58,647 bases of DNA, filler included, from Basidioascus undulatus (GCA_000826855.1; 6 parts of 6 records of this genome joined end to end with filler, not necessarily neighbours in it), one strand, 5' to 3'; positions 1 to 11,297 are shown, counted from the whole stretch's first letter. Translations and numbers: made by a program. The notes: generated by a model from the letters alone, not told the origin.

Positions 1-1752
1 ATGGCTATACCTCTCATCTTTCACCTCCTCCCCCTCCCTTCTCCTCGCCGCCTTCTCATCGCCCCCAACCTGCGCAAGCAACCACTCCCTTGCCTCGCGC
101 AACGTCGGCCGCGGCCCGTTGCGCGTGCACCCTCCCGGGCACTCGCACGTCCCCCCGAACTCTTTCGGAAGCTTGTCCGCGTCGATCCGCTTCAGCAGCT
201 CGGACTGGTACTTCGATCCGTGCACGGATACTTTGCGGGCGGTGACCTGGGGGCATGGGTGAATGAGTCGGACGGGGTGATGGCTACGAGGGAAGCAGAG
301 GGGAGGAGGGAAGGCGCACATCGTCCATCATGCCCTTTACGGCGTTCCACATCTGCTCGGATTGAAAGCGGTCAGTGGAAAGAAACTACGGTAGATAGGA
401 CCGGTCAAACGCACTGTGCTGAATCCCAGCGGTGCGTTGATCACGACAATGTCACCGCTCAGCTCGGGGAAGTTCTCCTGCAGTAGTTCTATCCAACTTC
501 ATCGTTAGTACTGCATAGCCAATTGGATGTACGAAGGCATCAACGGACGAATGATCTCGTGCAGTCGCGCCCGAATCTTCCTGCGGTTCCCATGCAGCCA
601 TACCGGATCAGCTGAGCTGTTTGCGAGCGCAATTACGGGCTGAATGAGGTGTACCAGAACTGGAAAATCGCAACGCCTTTCCTGTATGATGGCAGGCAGG
701 AGAATCAGTCGGTTGTCACTTCACAGTAGGGACGGACAAAGCGGAAAGCAGCCTCACAAGTCTATGATGTTAATGTCCGTTGTCACTCTTTTCCCAGTGA
801 GTATCGAGCACGCGGGGAACGCATCTCTTATCAATCGCTCGTTGGAGAGCACCTGACACGAGGACGTCGTCGAGTCAGTGTGATCGATGATGGGAGCGCC
901 GAGGACCAGCGCGCACCTGGTTCGCGATGAACCGCTCAGGCGTGATGCGCGCGAAGAGCTTGGCGGCATCCAACTTGCCGTACTGCTGGTAGTAGACGGG
1001 CTCGCCGTTCTTGTTGTACGAGTGGAAGAACTGTGGCGAGAAGATTTTCAGCTGCGGCTCGACGGTCGAAATGCGGAGTCAACGGCACACTTGAGGGTAA
1101 TAACTGAGTGGCAGAGGATTGTAGAACTCAGATTTCGTCCTAAATGAGGGTAAAAGACTGCGGACGAACGTATCCAACGCGTCCTGGAGAGCTGCAACGC
1201 GTTAACAAGCAGAGTTTCCCGACGGACACCAGGCAAGAAGACACGCCTTCTCATCATCGGTCAGCTCGAATGCCCGGTACTGCTCGTCCATGCCGAACTC
1301 TTCCCTCCACTTGAGATAGTTGCTATTGGTACCGTCCCCGCAAGTCCAGATCAGTACCGGCGGCCGTGGATGAGGTTTGACCGCTGGGGACTCGCCTGTA
1401 CATCGTCTGAGTCACAGCAAGGTCGAACTTTCTCGCTCTGAGAAATCGACTAATGCCAAGCAGATATAGTCAGAATCAGGTCCATCAGGCGAGGAGACAG
1501 GGGTGGGCGTACAGGAGCTCCTGGTCGTCGTGCAGATACTCGCCGTTCAGCCCACGCTCGTCGAGGACCTCGTTGGAGAGCGACGCCCGGAACTCGTCGA
1601 GGATGGACGTCTGCTCGGGAGTCAAATGCCCCGGGTGTCCCCCCAGTGGGTCCTTGGACTGGAAGGGGTGTGATCGAGTGAGTCACACACTCGACGGTGG
1701 ACAATCGAACACCGAGCGAATGCGACCACACATTTTGGACCGCGGGTGTCAT
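1..1752 (-). CDS. Sec14/CRAL-TRIO phospholipid transfer protein, multi-exon, 3' end runs off the window
   Basis: The spliced minus-strand translation gives DPLGGHPGHLTPEQ, RFLRARKFDL, PQFFHSYNKNGEPVYYQQYGKLD, FPACS, LQENFPELSGDIVVINAP and DKLPKEFGGTCECPGGC, all Sec14-family motifs. The start codon (1752) is tentative. Confidence 0.88.
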
Positions 1753-2310
1753 GACGAATCGACAGAGATGTGAGGGTATCAAAGCGATTGTAGAGAATTG
1801 GTATAAGGGTTAGCAGCACAGAGGGGAGGGAATGCGAGCGTGCGACGATCAGGAGGCGAGTGGCAGAAAATCGAACGCGACGCGAATGTCACGGCAGCCG
1901 CGCCGCGGCCGGGTAAGCGAGAGTGCGTCATCCAACACGCCGTGCTGCGACAAGATAAGAAAATGCGCCCGAACTGCACATAAGTGCCCAAATGGCCGTG
2001 GAAAGGCTGGCAGATGGGTGAAAGATGAGAACAGACAGTAAATACGAATGTAGGAAGTACGATATGAAGGTCGGTGACTGCAAGGGCGCCATCTTCCGCT
2101 GCAATCAGCCCACGCTGGTAGATGCGTGCGTCCCAGAAAATAAAGATGCCTATGTAGTAAGGGCGGATTACTGTAAGGAAGACTCCGAGAAGAACGGAGG
2201 CAACGGATGATATTCACTGCAGGCGAACCGAAGCGAACTCAAGACATAACGCGTCATCCGCACCTTCTTGCACTGCATTGCACCTCTTCCGCCCCTTGTC
2301 CTTAACCACC

Positions 2311-2913
2311 ATGAGAAAGCCACGCTACTTGAAGAAAACGAGCGCTCCCAAGTATCGCAGGCTCGACGGAGCCCAAGCTTCTGATCGTTCTGACCGCGAA
2401 GGTAGCTCGGACGGGAGGGTGGAGGAGAGGCGGTCCCCTTGCCACCCTGTTGGGTGCATGGTGCGTTACTTTCGTTCAGCCTTATGAGGGAGAGGAGTCA
2501 ACTTGAGCTCATCGGCATTCACACAGAGCTATCTTGCCCAACTACTCCCTTGTTTCCCCAGCCCCTCGCGCATCAGCCTCTCCCGCTCGCCATCTCGCTC
2601 GCCCTCTCCCAGCCGGTCACCCTCGCAGGACTTCCGCCCGTTAGAGGGACAGGCGTTCGAAGGCGGGGCTAGGGGGCGCGCTGCAGCATGGGATTATGAG
2701 CCTCAGAGGGCGCACGGGGGTGAGGGTCGTGCGGAAGGGGAGGAGGTTGACCGCAGCCCGAGCGACGTGAGTAAGCGGTGGAAGGCCGAGAAGGAGAGGT
2801 TGAACAGGAAAAGGTCTCCTAGGTCTGAGGGGAATGCGGCGGTGATCATGGAGGATGTGGACGAGGAAGTGACGGAGGGTATGAGCAGTGACCCGAGACT
2901 TGTCGATGTTTAG
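2311..2913 (+). CDS. Hypothetical low-complexity (SR/SP-rich) protein, probably with one intron
   Basis: The start context is ACCACCATG (MRKPRYLKK...). A downstream open frame reads SRSPSRSPSPSRSPS...EDVDEEV...DPRLVDV* and stops at 2913. No family recognised. Confidence 0.4.
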
Positions 2914-4460
2914 TACGCGATAATCAACGATGATACCATGGGAACATTGGTTGATCCGGTTTGAGATCACAAGTGCAGCCTGTTCCGTGTTTTGCCGGCC
3001 AATGATCCTCAAACAATTCTTTGAATACTCAAGGCGCTGCGGACGAATATGTACGGACCTTCAGGCCGGCTGCAACATCTGATGCAGCACCGTGAACGGA
3101 GCATACTGCTAGACAAGCCATTTCCTGGCGGCCATGAAATCAGGACTTGTTGTAGGATTGCAATGTAAGAGGGTGTATATGCCTGAGAGTATCTCCTCCG
3201 TATCCAGAGCTCATTCACGCCCCAATCCCAGTGTCAATGCCACTGGGCAACTCGTGCAAGCGATCATTTTCAGGTTTGCCGCTTCGCTGAAACCTGCTCC
3301 TGTATATAGCAAATATATAAGGTTTGAAAAGGCCTCGTATCAAACTAGCGTACGGAAGCGTAATATATACGACCTAAAGTGCTGGGTCTGAATGAACGGT
3401 TATTGGGGCTGGCTGCTCAGTCGGTAGACGCAACGGGTGTCGTGCGCCTGCAGACCGTCCATCTTAGTTGGCTTGCGTCCCTAACATGCGAACAAGTTGA
3501 GGAGACTCTAGGATGGAGGTATCTTTCACAATGTGAACCCCGGATGCTGATATCTTACCGCCGTCCGGGAAGAGGAGCAGCGCATGCCGGCGAGTAATCA
3601 TGCAGGCAGACATCATGACAGGCCACTGTCATCCCCTTTTCTTTCATGTTGAACATTGTCTTCTGTATACCCTTGGGGTCTGTGAACACAAGCGTCCTGA
3701 GTTTGAACGACATTAAGTCTCTTACTCTGCGTGCGGTGAGGTTTGAGAAGCAGACAACCTGCTTTGGGCAGTCCGAGACCAAGACTTCTGGGTCATTTCA
3801 GGAGGAAATTCTAGCAACAGGTTTTAGAGATGTAAAGTATCAGTCAATGTTGAAGACTTATGCCGAAAGTCCAGGAATTGGGGTGCTCTCAAGCAAAACG
3901 CCCCACCTAGCTTGATTTGCGGTGCTTTCGGTTGAGGCAAATATGTGCGTCGCAACTGCTGCGACGGAGCGCGTGCTGAATATCCGAGCTGCAAATTCGT
4001 TATACCCCTTTTCTCAGTTTAATGTGCTGGTCCAGGATTTATACAAGCTGCAAAGGGGATCCGGCCGGAGGCTTGCACGCTTGCGCTGTGCAGGTGTGCT
4101 GCAGACTTCTATTGTCCGCCCGAGTTAACCGGCAACGACGCAGGACACGTTGATCAGTACTGTGTCACGCAATCTAGACCTCTTTGGAGTCAAGACTACG
4201 GGGAAAGTTGGTAGAGGGTACGACTGCCAGCTACGTTTACAATCCGCCAGTTATTTACCGCTCGTTCACACTGTATATTTCTCGCCTCTTGCCGGGCCAT
4301 GAATTCGTCTCGACGAGTTTGGTTCAGCTAGTCACCACTTCCCGTTATCTTCTTTACTTTGGAGGATGTCTAGGCGCATACAAGTATCCAGCTTCCCTAG
4401 TGAGGCCAATCCCCAAGCAGTCTCCCGGATCCGACCCGGATGAGGCAGTCCGGAAGCTCC

Positions 4461-4803
4461 GCGTCAAGATGGACGTGCCCGCACTCCTGCGCGAGCCAGA
4501 CGCGGTGGGTCAAGGGGATATTTACACAGCAGCGCCCGCGTGAGAGGGGAGCCGCGGAGGGGTTGTAGGTCAGGGCGTTTCCAATGCCGGAGGGGTGGGG
4601 CGCACAGGAAATGGCGTTTGTCCCATGCCACAGCCGCGACGGAGGGGAAGGGGAGGACGAGGGCTCCCTCCTCTTCTACGCGTTCGACGAGGCGCAGCTG
4701 GACCTGCTCAAGGGCGGGCACCCGAGGGAAGCAAGAGCGATCTCTGGATCCTGGACGTGTGCGATATGCGGTCGGTTGTATGTCGGATTGAACTGCCGAG
4801 GGG
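4461..4803 (+). pseudogene. 3' fragment of a carotenoid cleavage oxygenase (RPE65/CCD family), disrupted
   Basis: Reads VKMDV...MPEGWGAQEMAFVP...EDEGSLLFYAFDEAQLD, then a frameshift near 4700-4730, then SDLWILDVCDMRSVVCRIELP followed by a GTACGT donor. There is a stop at 4541-4543. No recognisable upstream exons and no VPYGLHG terminal exon. Confidence 0.75.
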
Positions 4804-6599
4804 TACGTTTCCTCTTCCTCCCTTCCACCCTCCTTGCTCCCCTCCCCTTCCTCCAGCGGAGGGCCCAGCCGCAGAAGGCAGCGAAGGATGTGGAGGAGGG
4901 AGAGGCAGGACGGGGGTGGGTAAGGGAGGTGGTGGAAGGGCTGATGCGGTTGCTGGCTTGAGGCATGATACTCCGATATGTTCGTTTCGGGCGTGCGCTG
5001 TGTGCCGGGGAAGGGCTGCGTGCAGTTATACGTGCAGGGAAGAGCAGGATCGCTCTTTCTCCGACTGGTCTGGGTATCGTTGCCAGGCTTGGCAGAGGGG
5101 AGGGGGTCGCCTTACGCGGGTCGAGTTGGGCACACAAAGTGCGCTGTGCAGCGCAATGAGGTCTCACCAGTCTGAAGTTTCTTAAAAAATCATTTTTTCT
5201 CTTTATGGAAAGCTGCAGTGACGTTAAAGATGCAGACAGACTACTAACGGCAGGGCAAGAGGCCTAGGTCGTACACTGCAGCGGCACGATGGCTGAACAT
5301 AACTACCGGACTCCATTGCGGGAGAGTAGCTAGGCATGGCGAACCTGAGCATTTATATTGATTTATGAAAGAATCAGCAAAGCAGAGATTGCTGAGGAAC
5401 CTATAAGGGGTGCAAACCATCTGTGCGTCGTTGATGTCACGCTTCCTAATGTTTGTTTCCTGCATCCTGCTTTTCGCCGTTGGAGGCCGGCAAACTATGA
5501 CAGAACTGACGGGGGCACCTGCTCTTCGGCTTTCTGGATACCTGCGACGGTGCTTGTGTAGCGAGGGCAACGGCGAAGACTGCACTCGTTGAGCTCGCAA
5601 AGTGCGGACACGAACTGCGTTGTGGCCTCACGCTCGCTGCACGCAGCCCCTGGTGTACGTCTGACTCGCACACCTGGAGAGAGTCCGGTGGTTCAGGCCC
5701 AGGATCTCCACGACTTTCCCCTCATCGAAATCCCTCCTCTCCAGCATGTTCACTCGGATGTCGAGTTGACTCTACGGTCGCGCACAACCTCGATCTGCAG
5801 GCGATTCCAGCCTGTCGCCACAGAAGACCGAAGCCTCGAACGAGGAAGACCTTTCCTACACCGCCCACATTAAGGAAGGCGAGCTGTATATCCCCCGCCA
5901 CCTTGAGGACCCCGAGAAGCAACGAATCGAGGCGCAGACGCTCGCGGTCGAATGCCGCAGGCTGGCAGCGAAGAAGGAGCAGCAGTAGACAGGTAGATGC
6001 ACATAGTGTGATTGCTTGAGGGAATCGGCGACCCTGAAGACGTAAAGTGTGGGACGGCTTGTTTAATGTACACAGTTTAAGAAGGAGTCACGGATCGCTT
6101 CAACAGTCCTCTTCAACTCTGACAAGCATAATTTGCTGGATGAAAGCCGACAATCCAACACACCCCAGTTGGTCAAAGGAGTATCTCTTCCCAGACTAAG
6201 TGTGAAGGCGGCTGCAGGCTTCTGACGCAAAGTCGGACTGCCAGAACGGACTCGCAGTTTTTGACAATCTGTTACGTAACCGGTCCAAAATTCACTGAGC
6301 TTCACTCTGTCATTGGAGTGCCATGTAGTTCTTGAATCGAGGAGCCACTGATGGCGCACCGCGCACTGGCCGGCTCAAACTTGCTGTTTCTATCTCAATT
6401 GCCGGAATTGTTGGCTAAACCAGGCAGAATTATCCGCTCATTAGAATTTATTGTATTTTTTGGCCAGAGCGGTCGCAGTCCAACTCTGCAGTAGCACGCG
6501 CCTGGGTTGGAGAAACCAGCATATTCCAGTCCTCAATCCGCGTTCCGCCTCGTGCTCAACTTGCTCGCCAGGCGACCTTGCCCTCTTCCCCCACATCCC

Positions 6600-7275
6600 T
6601 TCACTAAAATTAGGTCACTCCATACTCCCTCTCGGGTCGTTGGGGCTACCTTGCTCTACGGAACTGTCGGGCAGCACAGCTGTCCAACTCCACGCTCACT
6701 CCTTCCCGCATAGCATCCGACATCCCACTCCGAATTATCTCCCGAGGAACATTCAAGACTCAAGCATCAAGATTCAGCCTCACTCTCATTCGCGCTTCCT
6801 TCGGGTTGCTGCTGCTCTATGGAGCTGTCAAGTCCATTGCAAGCTGCACGTCTGCCTCACTCGCAGTGAGCCGTACCTCCTCTACAGCTGTGTCTGTATC
6901 CCTTTTCAGCACCACATTAAGCTCTATGCATGAAATTTATGTACCAAAGCTTGAAGATCCTCTTATAGCCTCCTCAGGTTCACATTGCTCTACAGAGCTG
7001 TCGACAGCGCAGCTGTCCGCTTCTTAACATCTCGCCTTCCTGAAGATCCATCGATGTTCCACCCCCCTCTCTATTCCAAACAAGAAACAAGGTTCAAAGC
7101 GCAGCACCTTCCTATACCTCGCGCTTCCTCCAGGTCAGTGTTGCTCCACGGAGCTGCCATGCTTGCTTCTGGGCAGCGTGCCTGTCCCATTCACCAAAGC
7201 CCTCTTTCACAGACGATCTCTGTGAGATTTTCTTTCAGCACAATGCTTTGACTCATAAATTTGAAGCTCGGTCGA
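6600..7275. repeat. Degenerate tandem repeat, ~165-bp unit arranged as a ~330-bp dimer
   Basis: The motif (T/C)TGCTC(T/C)A(C/T)(G/A)GA(G/A)CTG(T/C)C recurs at 6651, 6812, 6985 and 7141. CGCGCTTCCT occurs at 6791 and 7120. CAGCTGTCC follows the 1st and 3rd copies. Confidence 0.65.
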
Positions 7276-7559
7276 TGTTACCAAAACAAAGTAGGCCGGC
7301 CAGGAGGCTATGCATTGTGTGCTAGCTGGCAGCCTATACGGAAAAGATGCCCAGAACTTCTCAAAGTTTCGTCTTTTGTCTTTCGATGCACTCTTCGGTG
7401 TGCCCTTCCGGATTCATATTGGAGGGCCTGCCAAGAACGTTGCAGCGCCGCATGGGAGGTGCTCACTCATTTGTCTAGTGTGCTCAGGCGTATCCACATA
7501 GCTTTAGCTACGCAAGCATGTGGGATACTCTCAACGAAACATTCATGCACGGCCTCCAA

Positions 7560-8320
7560 TCACCTCTGGCAGCTGACACTGGTTTCAATGCCGACGCCAG
7601 TCTCTTTGAGCTCAAACCTCACCAAGTCAGTGTCATGCAGAGTACGTAGCGGTCATCTGGCAACTGGAGCAACACCTGCCTCTTCTGATGCTCGACCGAG
7701 CAGTATCGCCTCACGCACCGCCTGCAGCGCTTTAGAGAGCAGCGCAGACGGCACACCCAGGTAAGTTGCAGATCGACCATGATATCCCACTGCACAACCA
7801 TGTGCGGTTCCGGGTGCGTGGTGAGCTTCTGGCCCACCAGAAGAAGCCGGGAGTCGAGGATGAGGGAGGTGCTGTTGGCAAGGACATGCTCAGGGAGAGA
7901 TACATCCTGCATGCTGTCATACGATTTGTAGAAGGAAGCGGTAGAGTCCTAGAGCATAATACGCTTCAGTGTGGCTCTGATCGGAGGGCACTTGACAGCT
8001 CGCAGGGGACACCTACTAGACTCACTGTTGCAGAGCTCTTGAAGCCTGGGAAGCCATAGGGCGATGCCGCTCAGTAAACACCAGAGGTTACTGTGTTGGA
8101 TCCACTGATGCAAAAGGTTTCTTTGTGGGTAGAGGTTGTCAGTCCAGCAAAAGTCTCGACTCATAGAGACATGTTTACTTGGTTTGCTCTCCCTCCGAAG
8201 TGCAGTCACAAGCACATGAAGAGTCTCCTGCAAGACCGGCAGTTCTGGTGAGTGCTGCTTGAGCTCATCAATCGTGACAGCAAGACAGGTGGCAAGGTAT
8301 GAGATGACTGGGGCAAGGAC
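7560..8320 (-). pseudogene. MYND-type zinc-finger protein gene, disrupted
   Basis: Reads CNLPGC / LKRCRRCVRRYCSVEHQKR, then an intron, then DWRRH*NQC, which matches the MYND consensus but contains an in-frame TGA. The upstream frame (7949-8233 plus 7619-7912) is broken by a TAG at 7949. Confidence 0.65.
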
Positions 8321-8490
8321 CGGGGCAAGAGAGCAAGGACTAGAGACAGAGCAAGGACTAGGGGTGGGAGGAGCAAGACCAGATGAGAAGCAAAGCTAGC
8401 TAGGGGTGGAGCTTTTATAGGCAGAGGGGCAGAAAGGAAGAGAGCAAGGTGGAAGCAGAGCGGGATGGAAACTGTGGAAACTGTGGCAAA
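8281..8490. repeat. Purine-rich short imperfect repeats (GAGCAAGGACTAG x2, recurrent GCAAG, GGAAACTGT x2)
   Basis: Directly visible in the sequence. Confidence 0.55.
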
Positions 8491-9172
8491 GTAGGGCAGG
8501 GCGGAAGCGAGCGGAACTGGGTAAAAAATTGTAAGTGAGTTCAGCAGAACACATCTACCATGCAGAAATCACATTGCATGTGCATATGGCCAAGGTTTTG
8601 TCCCCTTGCTGCTGTTGGACTAACCTTCAGACCCACACGTCAGCTAGACCTTCAAAAGCTACAGTACAGGCAAAGGCAGTGAGGGAGGACACTTTCTTGT
8701 GCCTTCCTTTGCTTTGTTGCCCTATCTTATCCTTTCATGTATTTGGAACCTTGGTGATCCTTCTGATATCAATGATTACTGGCTTGAGCTTCCCTCCTTT
8801 CAGTCCGAGGGACGGCTTGCTCACACATGGCGCAGTGGCAGAATGAGAGTGGCAGACATCAGCATGACCCCGGATGCTGCGGCCACACTATGCACGTAAC
8901 TCACTGAGAAAAGCCTCTTCTTCCTCCCGAAATTTATTTATATCCAGCTCTCCCCACAAGAAGGCCGGGGGATAAGGTTCGTCGCACTGCAGTCGTCTGT
9001 TTGGCGTTCGAGTGACGGACTTGCACGTGATTGTGCGCCTCAAGGCACCGAGGCGATGCTCTGACTGCTCTCATCCCCTTCACCACGATATCGACCTCAT
9101 CCTCATCCACACCATCAACGACTTTAAATAACCCTTCAGAATCACCCACAACCCCCGCAAGACCCCGCTGCG

Positions 9173-9685
9173 ATGCTAGTGCACCGCGCGGTGGACGGGT
9201 ACTCGTTCGACGTGCCCGTCCCGCTCCTCGACGTCCCTTCGTGCGTTCGCCCTCCGATCTACACTCCGCCTCCCTATCACTGCTTATATCCTTGATGAGC
9301 AGCTTCCACGACCTCCTCGGGCATATTGAGAACGCGACGGGCGTCTCTGCTGACGCGGCGATTGTGTTCCTTGCGGACGGGCGGCAGCTGGATCAGCCTG
9401 CGTGGGCGGAAGGGTTGGCGGCGGGCGCGGCGGAGGAGGGGCGGGAGGTGCGCTCTCACGGGCTGTAAGAACTCGGAGGAAAGGGAGGGGAGCCTGATGG
9501 AGGTGTGGGTGGAGCAGGAGCTCTACGTCTTCAGCCGGGACATCCTCACCGCCGACCCGTCCGCGTCGCAGCGCTCTCTAGCAGAAGAGATCCCACTCGA
9601 GCCTTCCCTACCCGGTGCGTCCCCCCACTTGCCCTCCCTCTCCCCCATCCTCACACTCCCCCCTCTTCCCCAGACCTCCCCCCCT
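9173..9685 (+). CDS. ATG11: Autophagy-related protein 11, 5' part, truncated by contig end
   Basis: The spliced N-terminus MLVHRAVDGYSFDV...IENATGVSADAAIVFLADGRQL...ELYVFSRDIL...EIPLEP matches the basidiomycete Atg11 N-terminal pattern as I recall it (RAxDG...TGV..DAI..LxDGRxL...xFVF). Confidence 0.72.
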
Positions 9686-9785
9686 NNNNNNNNNNNNNNN
9701 NNNNNNNNNNNNNNNNNNNNNNNNNNNNNTTAATTAATTAANNNNNNNNNNNNNNNNNNNNNNNNNNNNNNNNNNNNNNNNNNNN
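9686..9785. other. Artificial contig linker (N44-TTAATTAATTAA-N44)
   Basis: Identical 100-bp spacer with stop codons in all six frames. Confidence 0.98.
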
Positions 9786-10598
9786 CGAGCGCGCCGGATA
9801 TGGGCAGCTGCAGCAGTATGCCGCACCTAGTGGACACCCACAGCAGCAGATGCATGGGCGCCGGACCCACTCGGACGCGAGCGCGCATTACGCTGCTCAG
9901 CAGCAGCAGCACCCGCAGGGGTACGGCCCTGCGGAGCGCCCGCCGAGAGGCGCACAGCCGCAAGGGATGCACGGCCAGTACGGTGGAGCTCAACCGGGCC
10001 AGGTGGGTCTTTCGTAGAAAGTCGCTTGATAGGAGACGTTCGCTTACTAGTTTGGTTGTTTGGGGCTGTTCAGGTCTTCCACCACCCCTCCTACCACCCG
10101 CAGCAAACCCCTCCCTCTCCAACTTCTCTCCACCGCCCCGTCCAAGCGGCGTACATGATGGGTGCGGGCGGCGGCCCGCGCCCCGGGTCCGCGAAGTCGC
10201 CGTACGACTTCCCGCCGCACCCGCAGCAGCGGGGCGACTACCCGATCCAGCGGCCGTCTTCCGCGCCGCCGCGGCAGTCGCCGCCGCCGGCGCTGCCGAA
10301 CCAGCCCGGCGGTGTGTTCCGGTACGACCACCTCCCGCCCGGGGCGGCGCCGCCTATGCACGACTACGCGGGCGCGGGCGCGGGGCAGGGCCCGGCCGGG
10401 TGGGACCACTCCGCTAGCGGGCCGACGTTGTACCAGCAGCAGCAGTATCGCCAGCAGCAGCAGCAATTCCAGCAGCAGCAGCACCCGCAGCAGCAGCAGC
10501 ACCCGCAGCAGCAGCAGTACGCGTCTTCCGGTGCGGGCGGGTACCACCAGCAGTCGTACGCGGGGTGGATGGGCACCGATGGGCGGAACGTTCGATGA
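9786..10598 (+). CDS. 3' end of an unidentified gene with a Q/G/Y/P-rich low-complexity C-terminus
   Basis: The open frame runs from the contig start (ERAGYGQLQQYAAP...), has an intron at ~10002-10073, continues VFHHPSYHPQQ...QQQQHPQQQQHPQQQQY... and stops at 10598. A CAG-repeat tract lies at 10435-10517. Confidence 0.7.
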
Positions 10599-11217
10599 GA
10601 TTGACGATACCCCCTCGCATCTTACCTTCTTTCTCCTCCTTGTTGACTCTGCCCTGTCCCACGCTCTCGTCCCGCTACCTGCCCTGCACGTCCAACCCCC
10701 CGTCCTCAATTGCATTTCCGCCCTCCCCGAACTGTTACCTTCGTTCCTTCTCTCCTCCGACCGCTCTTACCTCAACGGACTATCCTCTCTCATCTACCTA
10801 CAGCTTTTGCCTATCGTACAGTCCTCCATAGCGGTCTTTTCAATTGTACCCCTAGCCTTTTCATCATCCCACGCTGTGGTCATGGACCGACTCGCCTTCG
10901 CTTTGTCGTCGTAGTCTTTTGCCGTTCGCTTTCATCACTCTCCTGTTACGCTGCCCTACAACGCCTTTCTGCCTTATCATGATCAATGCGATGATCTAAC
11001 GGCTTTATGCTTTGTGCGCAGCGCGTGGTTGTGCGGGTACAGGCGGCGATCGTAAGGCGGGGAGGCTTCGGGCGGGCAGGCACAGAAAGCTCGGCAGGTG
11101 ATTGAACGAATTATTGTTCGTCATGCTGTCTGTTGTACGTTACCGCTGGGGCTCGACTGTCGTCGGTTGAGAAGGTGGTGATTGAAGTTGCTCCAAAGGG
11201 GCAAAAAGAAAAACGAG

Positions 11218-11297
11218 TGCGCCGCCGGGGAGTCGAACCCCGTGCGCCAGCTATCAGGAAATGGAAGGCTAGCATGTTACCGGTACACCAGCGGCGC
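11218..11297 (-). tRNA. tRNA-Gly(TCC) with a 9-nt canonical intron
   Basis: The reverse complement folds as a cloverleaf: GCGCCGC/GCGGCGC acceptor stem, CTAGC/GCTGG anticodon stem, TCC anticodon, intron TTTCCTGAT, GGTTCGACTCC T-arm. A downstream T-run is the Pol III terminator. Confidence 0.95.

Noticed and set aside
6600..7275. CRISPR-like array
   Set aside because: The context is eukaryotic, the units are long and degenerate along their length, and there are no unique spacers or cas genes.
6393..8530. Terminal inverted repeats around the repeat/MYND region (TCCGCTC ... GAGCGGA)
   Set aside because: The match is only about 7 bp and there is no target-site duplication.
9730..9741. TTAATTAATTAA palindrome recurring about every 9.8 kb as a biological periodic element
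   Set aside because: It is always centred in 88 Ns, so it is an assembly linker.
10364..10576. Cys-rich metallothionein-like ORF (CCCCGCCCCCG)
   Set aside because: It is the antisense reading of the CAG/polyQ tract of the plus-strand gene.
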